Shown here piece after piece: positions 1 through 10,000 of a stretch of 64,000 bases of DNA; positions within the stretch are counted from its first letter, which is position 1; each line of letters opens with the position of its first letter. The notes under the pieces were generated by a model. The model searched no databases. It was not told the DNA's origin and was given only the letters and a program-made list of their open reading frames with translations. This stretch comes from Candidatus Poriferihabitaceae bacterium (GTDB taxonomy: Bacteria; Pseudomonadota; Gammaproteobacteria; Arenicellales; Poriferihabitantaceae), in NCBI GenBank assembly GCA_965206445.1, contig CBDBJR010000002.1, positions 2,488,280 through 2,552,279 on the forward strand. The letters run 5' to 3'. The position numbers were made by a program, and so were the translations under genes.

Positions 1-241
1 CGCGGCCGGGCTTTCGGTGCGTCTGGAAGACGGCTTTACTGTGATTGATGAGCCGCTGCCGGGGACGCCCTTCTTTAACACCATTGGTACTATTTTTGAT
101 TTCTATGCTGATACGCCGGTGCATATTGCGGATCTTCACCAGCCGACACAGCGGCCGCCGAAAGAAATATTTTACCTGCCGGCACTGCTGTTGCTGAGTT
201 TGGTTTTATGGCGTCAGTATCGGCGGCTTAAGGTGGTCTGA
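1..241 (+). CDS. C-terminal end of a TRAP transporter fused 4TM/12TM permease (DUF3394-type tail), partial
   Basis: Open frame ending RPPKEIFYLPALLLLSLVLWRQYRR, typical of fused TRAP permease C-termini; the 5' part lies outside the window. Confidence 0.6.
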   Translation, partial: AAGLSVRLEDGFTVIDEPLPGTPFFNTIGTIFDFYADTPVHIADLHQPTQRPPKEIFYLPALLLLSLVLWRQYRRLKVV

Positions 242-324
242 AAGGAGCACTTTAGCCTGAGTGGTGGGGGGTTGGTCGGCAAGGGGAAATCTGCCTGGGT
301 GAAGTGGTTCAGTATTGGTTTTAA

Positions 325-351
325 CCCCCCCAACCCCCCTTGTCAGGGGGG
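325..351. repeat. C/G-rich REP-like hairpin (CCCCCCCAACCCCCCTTGTCAGGGGGG)
   Basis: C-run/G-run stem seen directly; a degenerate inverted partner GGGGGGTTGG lies near 266-275. Confidence 0.5.
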
Positions 352-402
352 AGATTTAAGGGCGGTTATATGCGCTGTATTGGCTTAATGTTGTATTGAC
401 TT

Positions 403-897
403 ATGCCATATTGGCCTATGTTACAACCATATCACGACAGGGTAGAGGAGCGTTTTCTCACTATGGTTACACCGAATCCCACAGGGAATGAGTCTCGTAG
501 CGCGCCGAATGAAATCACCGATCTGTTTGGGTGGGACCGTGCGACTCAGGAGTCGCTTGCTAATGCGCTGACCGAGCTTGAAGAGTTGGACGACTATGCG
601 ACAGAAAGCGGGCTTACGCCACCCGCGCCGGTCGCGAAAAAATTCGCCCGTGAAATTCTTGGGGTTCTTGCTGCCAGAGCACCGCGCCATTATTCGGTCT
701 CTTTGTGGGAAGGGGGTGACGTGGTGGTTTATTCCGGGAATACGGAATGGCGTGTCAGCATCTACTGCAGGGCAGACGGCGGGGCGGCCTGCTACGTTAG
801 TTCCCCCAATAATCATGACCATGATAGTGCGTATCAATGCGCACAAGATATGCCGGTAAACCCGATCATTGACGCGCTGAACCTGATTCCGGCGTGA
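403..897 (+). CDS. Hypothetical protein, possibly the antitoxin-like partner of a two-gene module (start may be 463)
   Basis: 164-aa ORF, lower GC than its neighbours; L..L..L.DY...G.TPP...A...A..IL followed by a beta-rich segment; its TGA overlaps an ATG at 897. Confidence 0.5.
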   Translation: MPYWPMLQPYHDRVEERFLTMVTPNPTGNESRSAPNEITDLFGWDRATQESLANALTELEELDDYATESGLTPPAPVAKKFAREILGVLAARAPRHYSVSLWEGGDVVVYSGNTEWRVSIYCRADGGAACYVSSPNNHDHDSAYQCAQDMPVNPIIDALNLIPA

Positions 898-1083
898 TGC
901 CTTCCTATGTCAGTGGGGCCATCGTTTATTCTGGACTGCGCACCGGACAAGACATTAACAAAAATCGGCGATAGCATGGCACAACAGCGCGCCGGAAATC
1001 GTTCATTCTATGGCTGGGCGGAAATGCCGGTTGCCGGTGTCGGCACAGACAATCGAGAAGTCCGCGCTACGCCGCAACCTGGT
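897..1083 (+). pseudogene. Truncated remnant of a putative toxin-like protein
   Basis: Frame 907 reads LDCAPDKTLTKIGDSMAQQRAGNRSFYGWAEMPVAGVGTDNREVRATP and then runs into a REP; the coupled ATG at 897 is in another frame and stops early. Confidence 0.35.
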
Positions 1084-1086
1084 AAA

Positions 1087-1114
1087 GGAGCACGGGCATT
1101 CCTGCCCGTGCTCC
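1087..1114. repeat. GGAG-type REP hairpin (perfect 12-bp stem, TTCC loop)
   Basis: GGAGCACGGGCA-TTCC-TGCCCGTGCTCC. Confidence 0.85.
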
Positions 1115-1184
1115 GTTGGATTTGCCGATCCGGGATAATCAATGCTACATTGCGCACACATCTATCGCCTGACCGAGGTATCCC

Positions 1185-2591
1185 ATGTCGCAAACCGCAT
1201 TATCACCCGATTTTCAGCAAGTCTGGCAGCAGGATAAGGACCACCACGTCCACCCCTGGACCCACTTCCCCACGTTCAAACAAACCGGCTCATTGATCTT
1301 GAACCGGGCCGAGGGCGCGTATGTTTATGACGCGCAGGGCAACCGGTATCTCGACGGCATCGGCGGTTTGTGGTGCGTCAACGTCGGCTATGGCCGCAAG
1401 GAAATCGCTCAGGCGATGGCCGAGCAGGCGGAAAACATGGTGTATTACTCGTCATTCGGCCCCCATACTTCGGTGCCGGCGGCGCAGCTGGCGCATAAAC
1501 TGGCGACCCTGGCGCCGGATGGGCTGAATCATATTCAGTTCGGTACCGGCGGTTCGATGGCCAATGATACCGCTATCCGCATGGTGCATTATTATTTCAA
1601 TCGGCTGGGGAAAAAATCTAAAAAGAAAATTATCACGCGGCACGACGGCTATCACGGCAGCACCTACCTGGCGATGTCGCTTACCGGCGTCGCATTCGAC
1701 CATCAGGGGTTCGATATTATTGACGACGGGTTGATTCACCGGATCGCCTCGCCGAATTGTTATCGCCGCCCCGACGGCATGTCGCTGGAGGCCTTCTGCG
1801 ATCAGCTGGTGGGCGAGTTCGAGCACAAGATTGCGCAGTTGGGCGCCGAAAACGTGGCTGCGTTTATCGCCGAGCCGATTATGGGGGCGGGCGGGGTGAT
1901 TGTCGCCCCGCCGGGGTACCACGCCCGGATGCTGGCGGTGTGCCGCCAATACGAGGTGTTGTATATCGCCGACGAGGTGGTGACCGCATTTGGCCGTCTG
2001 GGGCATTTCTTTGCGTCGCAGTCGGTGTTCGATATGGTGCCGGATATCATCACCAGCGCGAAGGGCCTGTCTTCCGCCTATGCGCCGCTGTCGGCGACGA
2101 TTTTGTCTGATCGATTTTATGACGTTATCAGCACGCCGGAATCGGAAGGGACGGTGCTGACCCACGGCTTTACGTATTCCGGCCACCCGGTTTGCTGCGC
2201 CGCCGGGCTGAAGAATATCGAGATACTGGAGCGCGAGGATATCTGCGGTCACGTGCGCGCAATCGGGCCGTACTTCCAGCAGCAGCTCGACCGCCTCGGC
2301 GAGCTTGACCTGGTCGGTGACGTGCGCGGCAGTCACTTTATGCTGTGCGTGGAAAACGTCGCCAACCAGCACACCAAGGCGCTGTTATCGCCCGACCTCA
2401 AGGTGGGCGACAGGATTGCCGCGGCGGCGCAAAAACGCGGGGTGCTGGTGCGCCCGATTGGCCACCTCAATGTGCTGTCGCCGCCGCTGATTCTCGACCG
2501 GGCGCAGATCGATACGCTGGTATCGGTGCTGCGGGAATCAATCGTTGAGGTGATGGATGATCTGATGCGGGAAGGTGTCTGGCATGCGTGA
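1185..2591 (+). CDS. Class III PLP aminotransferase (omega-amine/polyamine:pyruvate, SpuC-like)
   Basis: LDGIGGLWCVNVGYGR, AFIAEPIMGAGG, IADEVVTAFGRLG, TSAKGL (PLP lysine), HGFTYSGHP. Confidence 0.92.
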   Translation: MSQTALSPDFQQVWQQDKDHHVHPWTHFPTFKQTGSLILNRAEGAYVYDAQGNRYLDGIGGLWCVNVGYGRKEIAQAMAEQAENMVYYSSFGPHTSVPAAQLAHKLATLAPDGLNHIQFGTGGSMANDTAIRMVHYYFNRLGKKSKKKIITRHDGYHGSTYLAMSLTGVAFDHQGFDIIDDGLIHRIASPNCYRRPDGMSLEAFCDQLVGEFEHKIAQLGAENVAAFIAEPIMGAGGVIVAPPGYHARMLAVCRQYEVLYIADEVVTAFGRLGHFFASQSVFDMVPDIITSAKGLSSAYAPLSATILSDRFYDVISTPESEGTVLTHGFTYSGHPVCCAAGLKNIEILEREDICGHVRAIGPYFQQQLDRLGELDLVGDVRGSHFMLCVENVANQHTKALLSPDLKVGDRIAAAAQKRGVLVRPIGHLNVLSPPLILDRAQIDTLVSVLRESIVEVMDDLMREGVWHA

Positions 2592-2696
2592 CGCCGGCGG
2601 CTGACCGCGGTCGGCCACCGTCAACCGCCGCATTTCCCGCCGCGGTGAACGCCCGGCCAGCGCGATACCCTGTCACCACAGCCAACTGACCATCGC

Positions 2697-4049
2697 ATGA
2701 ATCCGTTCGAGTGCTATCTCAACACCCATCCGCAGACCCGTTATCTGGATGTTTTTTGCGCCGATCTGGCCGGGGTCATCCGCGGCAAGCGCTATCCGGT
2801 GTCGGCTGCCGGCAAGGTGTTCGAGTCGGGTATGATGCTGCCGGGCGGCTGTTTTTTGCTGGCGGCGAACGGCGAATCGATGGACCCGGAGGGCATGGGG
2901 TTTTCCGACGGCGACCCGGACGAGGTCGGCCTGCCGCTGCCGGCAACGCTGGTGCCCGCACCCTGGGCGCAGCTGCCCACCGCTCAGGTGATGGTCAGCC
3001 TGCACAGCCTGGCCGGGGTGCCGTATTATTTCGAGCCGCGCAATGTGCTCAGGCGGGTGCTGGAGCGGTTTGGCGAATTGAATCTGCGCCCGGTGGTGGC
3101 CTTCGAGCTGGAGTTTTTCCTGCTCGCCGCGCGCGACTCCCCTGCTCCGCCGGGTGCGCCCGAGCCGCTGCTGGCCGGGCGGGCGAACGACAGCCCGCAG
3201 GTCTATAGCCTGCAAGAGATCGAACACCACAGCCGACTGCTGGATGAGATCGTCTGCGCCTGCGAGACCCAGCAGATTGCCACCGGGGCGATCTCGGCTG
3301 AATACGCGCCGGGGCAATTCGAGATTAATTTGCAGCACAGCGATCAACTGCTGCAAGCGGCCGACCATTGCGTGATGTTCAAACACGCGGTACAAAGCAT
3401 CGCCCGCAAACACGGGTTACAGGCGACCTTTATGCCCAAACCGGTTGCCGAGCTGAGCGGCAGCGGTTTGCACCTGCATCTCAGCCTGCTCGACCGGCAG
3501 CAGCGCAACGCCTTCGACGGCGGCGGGGTGTACCCGGCCCCGGCCTGCGGCAGCGAATTGCTGTATCATGCGATCGGCGGCTTGCAGCACACTATGGGAG
3601 ATTTTATGGCGGTTTTCGCACCTTCGATCAATTCCTACCGGCGCTTTATGCCGAACCGGTATGTGCCGGTCTCGCGCAGCTGGGGGTTTGAAAATCGCTC
3701 GGTTGCGATCCGCATCCCCGCCGCCGCCGGCAACGCCCGGCGCATCGAGCACCGCGTCGCAGGCGCCGACGCCAACCCCTATCTGGCGCTGGCGGCGCTG
3801 CTGTCCGGCATCCACTATGGCATCAGCCGAAAAATCGCCGCCGACAGCCCGAGCCGGGGGAATGCCGGCGCCCACCGCGACGCGACGCTGCCATTCGAGG
3901 CCGAGCCGGCGTTTCGTGCCTGCCGCGACAGCGCCACCGCCGCCGCGTATTTTGGCGAGCGGTATATCCGCGCCTATACCAGCTGCAAATTGAACGAATA
4001 CCGGGCCGTGGTCGAACGCGGCCTGCCCGATACCGCCTGGTATCTATAG
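2697..4049 (+). CDS. Glutamine synthetase-family gamma-glutamyl-amine ligase (PuuA/SpuI-like)
   Basis: DLAGVIRGKR, GDPD, AFELEFFL, EYAPGQFEINL, ATFMPKP, GSGLHLHLS, ENRSVAIR, IEHRVAGADANPY. Confidence 0.9.
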   Translation: MNPFECYLNTHPQTRYLDVFCADLAGVIRGKRYPVSAAGKVFESGMMLPGGCFLLAANGESMDPEGMGFSDGDPDEVGLPLPATLVPAPWAQLPTAQVMVSLHSLAGVPYYFEPRNVLRRVLERFGELNLRPVVAFELEFFLLAARDSPAPPGAPEPLLAGRANDSPQVYSLQEIEHHSRLLDEIVCACETQQIATGAISAEYAPGQFEINLQHSDQLLQAADHCVMFKHAVQSIARKHGLQATFMPKPVAELSGSGLHLHLSLLDRQQRNAFDGGGVYPAPACGSELLYHAIGGLQHTMGDFMAVFAPSINSYRRFMPNRYVPVSRSWGFENRSVAIRIPAAAGNARRIEHRVAGADANPYLALAALLSGIHYGISRKIAADSPSRGNAGAHRDATLPFEAEPAFRACRDSATAAAYFGERYIRAYTSCKLNEYRAVVERGLPDTAWYL

Positions 4050-4101
4050 CCGCATCGGTCGAGCCCGCGATGCGTTAATCCACCCACCCGGATGCACAGC
4101 C

Positions 4102-6186
4102 ATGAATGATTCCGCCAACCGCTACGCGATTTTGTTTGAACCGGTGCAAATCGGCCCGGTGACGGCCAAGAACCGTTTCTACCAGGTGCCGCACTGCAAC
4201 GGCATGGGGCATCTGTACCCCAAAGCGGTCGCCGCCAGCCGCGGGGTGAAAGCCGAAGGCGGCTGGGCGGTGATTGCCACCGAGGAATGCGAGATCCATC
4301 CGGGCAGCGATCTGTCGCCGTACATCGAAACGCGGCTGTGGGACCAGCAGGATATGCGCCATTTGCAGCTCAGCGTCGACGCGGTGCACGCCCATGGTGC
4401 GCTGGCGGCGATCGAGCTGGTGCACAACGGCCACTACGCCGGCAACCGCTACAGTCGACTGCCGGTGATGGGGGTCAGCGATCTGATGGGCAACACCTAC
4501 GACCCGATGCAGGCCTACGCGATGAGCAAGCGCGACATTGCCAACGTGATCAAAATGCACCGCCAGGCGGCCCTGCGCGCGCGCGACATCGGCTTTGATA
4601 TTGTCTATGTGTACGCGGCCCACAACGCCACGCTGCCGTTCCATTTTCTCAATCCGCGCTGCAATCGACGCAGCGATGAGTACGGCGGCAGTCTGGAAAA
4701 CCGGGTGCGGCTATTGAAGGAGCTGTTGATCGACACCAAAGAAGCGGTCGGCGACCGCTGCGGCGTCGCCATCCGCCTGGCGGTGGATGAGTTGCTCGGC
4801 GACGACGGCATCTGCGCCGGGCAGGAAGGCCGGGAAATCGTGGCCATGCTGGCCGAGCTGCCGGATTTGTGGGATGTCAACGTGTCGAACTGGGAAAACG
4901 ACTCGCTGTCCTCGCGGTTTGGCGAGGAGGGCGCGCAGGAGCAGTACACCCGCTTCGTCAAACCGCTGACCAGCAAACCGGTGGTCGGCGTCGGGCGCTT
5001 CACGTCGCCCGACGCGATGGTGGCACAAATCAAACGCGGCGTGCTGGATCTGATCGGCGCCGCCCGACCGTCTATCGCCGACCCGTTTCTGCCGAAAAAA
5101 ATCGAGAGCGGTCAGCTGGACGATATCCGCGAGTGCATCGGCTGCAACATCTGCGCCGCCAGCGACAACGTCATCCACCCGCTGCGCTGCACGCAAAACC
5201 CGACCACCGCCGAAGAATTCCGGCGCAACTGGCACCCGGAGCGCATCAGCAAAAAATCCGCCGACGCGCATATTCTGGTGGTCGGCGGCGGCCCGGCCGG
5301 GCTGGAGGCCGCCATGTCGCTTGGCCGGCGCGGCTACGACGTCACGCTGGTCGAAGCGGGCGCGGCGCTGGGCGGCCGCGTGCTGACCGAAAGCCGGCTG
5401 CCCGGGCTGGCCGCCTGGAAGCGGGTCGCCGACTACCGTACCGGCCAGCTCGACAAACTGCCCAATGTCACCGTGCATCTGCACAGCGAGCTGAACGCGC
5501 AGCAGATCCGCGAGTTCTGTGCCGAGATGCAGATCCGCGACGTGGTGCTGGCCACCGGCAGCCGGTGGCGCACCGACGGCCTGGGCTATGAACACGAGTG
5601 GCCGATTGAGACCGATGGCAGTGTCTGCATCCTGACGCCGGATGATCTGATGGCCGATGACAGCCGGCTCGAGCGGCTGGAGAGCGTGGTGGTTTATGAC
5701 GACGATCATTACTACATGGCCGCCGCATTGGCGGAAAAGCTGGCCACCGCCGGCAAATCGGTCACCCTGGTCACCCCCGCCGCCGAGCCGGCGGAATGGA
5801 GCGACAACACGCTGGAACAGGAGCACACCGAGAAACGGCTGTTTGCGCTGGGGGTGGAGATCATCGCCAAGCACACCATCGACTACATCGAAGACGGCCA
5901 GCTGTATCTGGAGCGCGTCAACAGTGAAACGGTAACCGCCATCGTCGCCGACGCCTGCGTGATGGTGACCTCGCGGCAGGCGAACAATCAAACCTATCAT
6001 GATTTGGTGGACGAATTCGACCAGCCCCGGCACAGTGAGTTGCGCACGGTAACGCGGGTCGGCGATGCGTTGGCACCCGCCACCATCGCCGCTGCGGTTT
6101 ACCATGGTCACCGTTATGCGCAGGAGTTTGGGAGTCCGCCGGACGTGCTCGAGGTGCCGTTCAAGCGCGAATATATTGCGATTTAG
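4102..6186 (+). CDS. Trimethylamine/histamine dehydrogenase-family iron-sulfur flavoprotein
   Basis: NRFYQVPHCNG (Cys for covalent FMN), YVYAAH, 4Fe-4S motif ECIGCNIC...CTQNP, GGGPAG Rossmann motif. Confidence 0.9.
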   Translation: MNDSANRYAILFEPVQIGPVTAKNRFYQVPHCNGMGHLYPKAVAASRGVKAEGGWAVIATEECEIHPGSDLSPYIETRLWDQQDMRHLQLSVDAVHAHGALAAIELVHNGHYAGNRYSRLPVMGVSDLMGNTYDPMQAYAMSKRDIANVIKMHRQAALRARDIGFDIVYVYAAHNATLPFHFLNPRCNRRSDEYGGSLENRVRLLKELLIDTKEAVGDRCGVAIRLAVDELLGDDGICAGQEGREIVAMLAELPDLWDVNVSNWENDSLSSRFGEEGAQEQYTRFVKPLTSKPVVGVGRFTSPDAMVAQIKRGVLDLIGAARPSIADPFLPKKIESGQLDDIRECIGCNICAASDNVIHPLRCTQNPTTAEEFRRNWHPERISKKSADAHILVVGGGPAGLEAAMSLGRRGYDVTLVEAGAALGGRVLTESRLPGLAAWKRVADYRTGQLDKLPNVTVHLHSELNAQQIREFCAEMQIRDVVLATGSRWRTDGLGYEHEWPIETDGSVCILTPDDLMADDSRLERLESVVVYDDDHYYMAAALAEKLATAGKSVTLVTPAAEPAEWSDNTLEQEHTEKRLFALGVEIIAKHTIDYIEDGQLYLERVNSETVTAIVADACVMVTSRQANNQTYHDLVDEFDQPRHSELRTVTRVGDALAPATIAAAVYHGHRYAQEFGSPPDVLEVPFKREYIAI

Positions 6187-6191
6187 CGGGT

Positions 6192-6261
6192 GGAACAGGA
6201 GCACGGACATTCCTGTCCGTGTTTTCAAAATAAACGGGTTGGAAAACCCGTTCTCCTTTCC
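6192..6261. repeat. 70-bp inverted GGAG-REP doublet, copy 1
   Basis: GGAG-CACGGACA-TTCC-TGTCCGTG, an AT spacer, then an inverted GGAG-AACGGGTT-TTCC-AACCCGTT; 69/70 identical to 7017-7086. Confidence 0.9.
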
Positions 6262-6316
6262 TGCAGAATGCCGGCCCCTGATTACCACCTTTATATGGTG
6301 TTAAAGTATCGTTCTA

Positions 6317-6859
6317 TCACCACTTTATCATCGGTACTGGATTATTGAATGGATGCTTCATGATACATTTAATAACCATCTTACCCGCGTTTTTATGAAA
6401 GTCGGCATTTGGGAATTGAGCTTTAACTTGCTTTATATGGGTTTTAGGTATGCCGGACTTAAATAAACCAAGGGAAGCATCCACCCGATCGGCTTTGCGG
6501 AAGGCTTCAACAAGTGGATAGGGTGGGTCTTTGTGCTGTGTAATCTTATGATGCTGAGTGATCATTAGCTCTATTTCCTCTGACCATGCTTCCAGATTTT
6601 TCTTTTTTAAGTATTCCATTGCCAGCGATACGGATGGAGGAAGGTAATCGAGCGTATTTTCGACCCATGCTCCGAGGTCGTGGAAGGCACCTGCAATAAT
6701 TAGTTTTTCTCTCTCTTCCTCACTGCAATCTTTAAGTATAAGACAAAAATTAACTGTGCGGTACACGTGATTTTTATAGCCTTCGTAAACAACTCCGAGG
6801 GGCTTCTTCCAACTCGCCAATATTTCTTCGAGTAAAGCAAACTGTTTTTCAACGATCAT
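6317..6859 (-). CDS. HD-domain metal-dependent phosphohydrolase-like protein (AT-rich, foreign-looking)
   Basis: YKNHVYR, AGAFHDLG, ITQHH, FRKADRVD; AGGAG ribosome-binding site upstream of the ATG at 6859. Confidence 0.8.
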   Translation of the reverse strand: MIVEKQFALLEEILASWKKPLGVVYEGYKNHVYRTVNFCLILKDCSEEEREKLIIAGAFHDLGAWVENTLDYLPPSVSLAMEYLKKKNLEAWSEEIELMITQHHKITQHKDPPYPLVEAFRKADRVDASLGLFKSGIPKTHIKQVKAQFPNADFHKNAGKMVIKCIMKHPFNNPVPMIKW

Positions 6860-6943
6860 TGTCACTTCTCCTTGCTGTAGAACTCTAGTAGAAGGTAACG
6901 TATTTTGCAGTTGTTTTCCATCACTACTCATCCCGTTCCCGCC

Positions 6944-6973
6944 TTGACGCAACATGGGAGGGAAGCCCATAAT
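6944..6973 (+). promoter_or_regulatory. Sigma70-like promoter upstream of the tRNA fragment
   Basis: TTGACG (6944-6949), 18 bp, CATAAT (6968-6973); lies 14 bp before the tRNA 5' end. Confidence 0.55.
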
Positions 6974-6987
6974 CCCCTCTATCCCGT

Positions 6988-7018
6988 GCCGACGTGGCGG
7001 AATGGCAGACGCGCCAGG
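6988..7018 (+). tRNA. 5' half of a tRNA-Leu (truncated pseudo-tRNA)
   Basis: GCCGACG-TG-GCGGAATGGCAGACGC-G-CCAGG matches the acceptor 5' strand, Leu-type D-arm and 5' anticodon stem; the anticodon and 3' half are absent. Confidence 0.75.
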
Positions 7019-7086
7019 AACAGGAGCACGGACATTCCTGTCCGTGTTTTTAAAATAAACGGGTTGGAAAACCCGTTCTCCTTTCC
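7017..7086. repeat. 70-bp inverted GGAG-REP doublet, copy 2
   Basis: Direct repeat of 6192-6261 with one mismatch in the spacer. Confidence 0.9.
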
Positions 7087-7087
7087 A

Positions 7088-10000
7088 TCAGGGCGCCGGC
7101 TCGATGCGAAAAAACAGCGCGTACAACGCCGGCACCACTACCAGCGTCAGCACCGTGGCGAAGCTCAAACCAAACACCAGCACCACCGCCATCGATTGGA
7201 AAAATGCGTCGAAAAACAGCGGCGCTACGCCCAGCACCGTGGTCAGCGTGCCCATCATCACCGGGCGCACACGGCTGATTACCGAGTCTATCACCGCGGC
7301 ATGGCCGGGTTTGCCGCGGTCGGTTTCAACCCGCATCTGATCGACCAGCACAATCGCGTTTTTCAGCAGCAGGCCCGACAGCGAGAGTACGCCCAGAATG
7401 CTCATAAACTCCATTGGCGTGTCGGTCGCCAGCAGGCCGGCTACGACGCCAATCAACGCCAGTGGCACCACCAGCCAGATGACCACCGGTTGGCGGACGG
7501 TGCCGAACAGGACAAACACCACCAGCACCATCGCCAGCAATCCGAGCGGGATGGTCGAGGCCAGGTTTGCATTCGATTCTTTGGCATTGCCATGTTCGCC
7601 GTCCCATTCGAGCGTGTAGCCGGCGGGTAATTCGATCGCTTCTATCGCCGGTCTGATGCGCGCAAACAAATCCGCCGCCAATGCCTGCGGGTAGGGGTCG
7701 CTTTGCGCTTTAATCGTCCAGACGCGGTCTTCACGCCGTAAAAGACTGTCGCGCCAGACGGTTCTAAAGCCGTCGGTCACCTGGCGAATGGGCACCACGT
7801 TGCCGGTCGCGGAGCTTAATACCTGGATGTTTTCGATGTTCTCGACGCTGTGCCGTTCTTGAATCGGGGCGCGCGAGATGATCGGCAGCAGGTCGTCGCC
7901 TTCGCGGTATACCCCGACGGTTTTGCCGGAAAAACCGGTCTGCAACGCAGCCGCCAGATCCTCTCTGGAAACCCCGGCGCGCAGCCCCTTGCCGGCGGCG
8001 TAGATCGGCTCGATCACGCTCACCGGCTGGCGCCAGTCATCTTTGACCGACAGCGCGCCGCCGTCGGCGAGCATGATTGCCTTGGCCTGATTGGCCAGGC
8101 GGCGCAATACCGCCGGCGCCGGCCCCTTGAACACCGCCTCGATTTTCGAGCCGCCGCCGGGGCCGAGGACAAAGCGCCACACCTTGGCCTGCGCGTTGGG
8201 GTAATGGTCGCGAATATGGCGCTGGATCTGCGGCAGCAGGTGCTCAATTTGTCGGTAATCGTCAACCCGGGCGAGAATCTGCCCGTAAGCCGGGTTCGAC
8301 GATTCGGGCGAATAGATCAGCATGTAGCGCAGCCCGCCGCCGCCAATCAGCGTCTGCACCGCGTTAACGCCGTCGAGCGCGGCGACGAATTGCTCGACCT
8401 GTTTCAGGTCGGCTTGCGTACGGGCGATCGAGGTGCCCTGCGGCAGCCAGTAGTCGACCGCCAGCTGCGGCGTGGTGGAGGCCGGGAAAAAACCCGGCGT
8501 GACGAATTGAAACCCCCAGACCGACACGCCAAACAGCACCACCACGGCGCCGACAACCCCCTTGCGCGCGCGCAGCGTGTGATGCAGCAACCGCCGGCAG
8601 GCGGTTAAAAACCACGGCTCGCGCCCGGCGCCGGCGGCGTGTGGCGCGGCGTCTTTGAATAGCCAGTAGCAAAACAGCGGCGCCAGCGTCAGCGCGAATA
8701 CCCAGCTGAACAGCAGCGAGATCAAAACCACCCAGAACAGATGCCCGGTATATTCCGCCGTATCGCCCGGCGCAAAGCCGATCGGGGCGAACGCGATGAT
8801 GCCGACCAGCGTGCCGCCCAGCAGCGGCCATTTGGTCTGCGCAACGACCTCACGGGCGATGTCGATTTTGCCTCTGCCCTGCTGCACGCCGACGAGGATG
8901 CCCTCGGTGACGACAATCGCATTGTCCACCATCATGCCGAGCGCAATAATCAGCGCGCCGAGGGAGACGCGGTGCATCGGAATATCGGCGAGTTGCATCG
9001 TCGCCAGCGTGGCCAGGATGGTCAGCAGCAAAACCGCCCCGATCACGAGCGCCGAGCGCAGCCCCATAAAGATCAGCAGCGTCACCAGCACAATCACCAG
9101 CGTGGCAATCACGTTGAGCACGAAGTTGCCCACCGCGGCATCGACGATCCGACCCTGGTGGTAGTACTCATGCAGCTCGATGCCGAGCGGCCGGCGGCGC
9201 TGCGACTCGGCAATTTTGCTATCGACCGCCTGCCCGGTTTTGACCACGTTGCCGCCCTGTACCGCGGCCACCCCGAGCGCAATGGCCGGCTTGCCGTTGT
9301 AGCGAATCAATTGCTGCGGCGGCGTTTCGTAGCCCCGCCATACGGTGGCAATGTCTTTCAGGTAAACGATTTTCCCACCGGCCGCGCCCGCCACCAGCAG
9401 ATTCTGGATCGCCGCAACCGAGTCGATCGCCCCGGACGGGTCAATCACGACGGTTTGCTCGCCAATGTCGACGCTGCCGGCGGCAATGACCGCATTTTGC
9501 TGTTCGAGTATGCGGTAAATCTGGTTGACCGATACGCCCAGGGTCACCGCGCGCGCCTGCGCAATTTCAATAAATATGGCCTCGCGCAATTCCCCCGCCA
9601 GGCTGACCTTGGCGACGCCGGCGACTTGCAGCAGCTCGCTTTGCAGTTGCCGGGCATAGCGGCGCAGCTCGGCCGGCGTATAGCCGTCGCCGGTGATGAA
9701 GTAATAGGTGCCGTAGACGTCGCCAAAATCGTCATGCACGATCGGCGACGCGGCCCCCGGCGGCAGCATGCGCTCGGCATCTTTGATTTTGTTGCGCAGC
9801 TTGCTCCAGACAATCTGCAAATCGGCCTTGCTCGGGGAAAAGCCGTATTTTATTTCGACGTTGAGCTGCGATACGCCGGCCGAGGAGACCGACTTCACCA
9901 CCTCCACTTCCTGCAACTGCTGGATTGCCCGCTCCAACGGCGCCGTCACCTCCTCGGCCACCTCCAGCGGACTCGCGCCCGGATAGGCGGTAAATACCTG

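Noticed and set aside
6860-6970. N-terminal extension of the HD ORF (track start 6970)
   Set aside because: A clear AGGAG RBS precedes the ATG at 6859, and the extension overlaps the tRNA promoter.
6262-7016. Integron cassette with attC
   Set aside because: No convincing RYYYAAC...GTTRRRY attC structure and no intI; the insert also carries its own promoter and a tRNA fragment.
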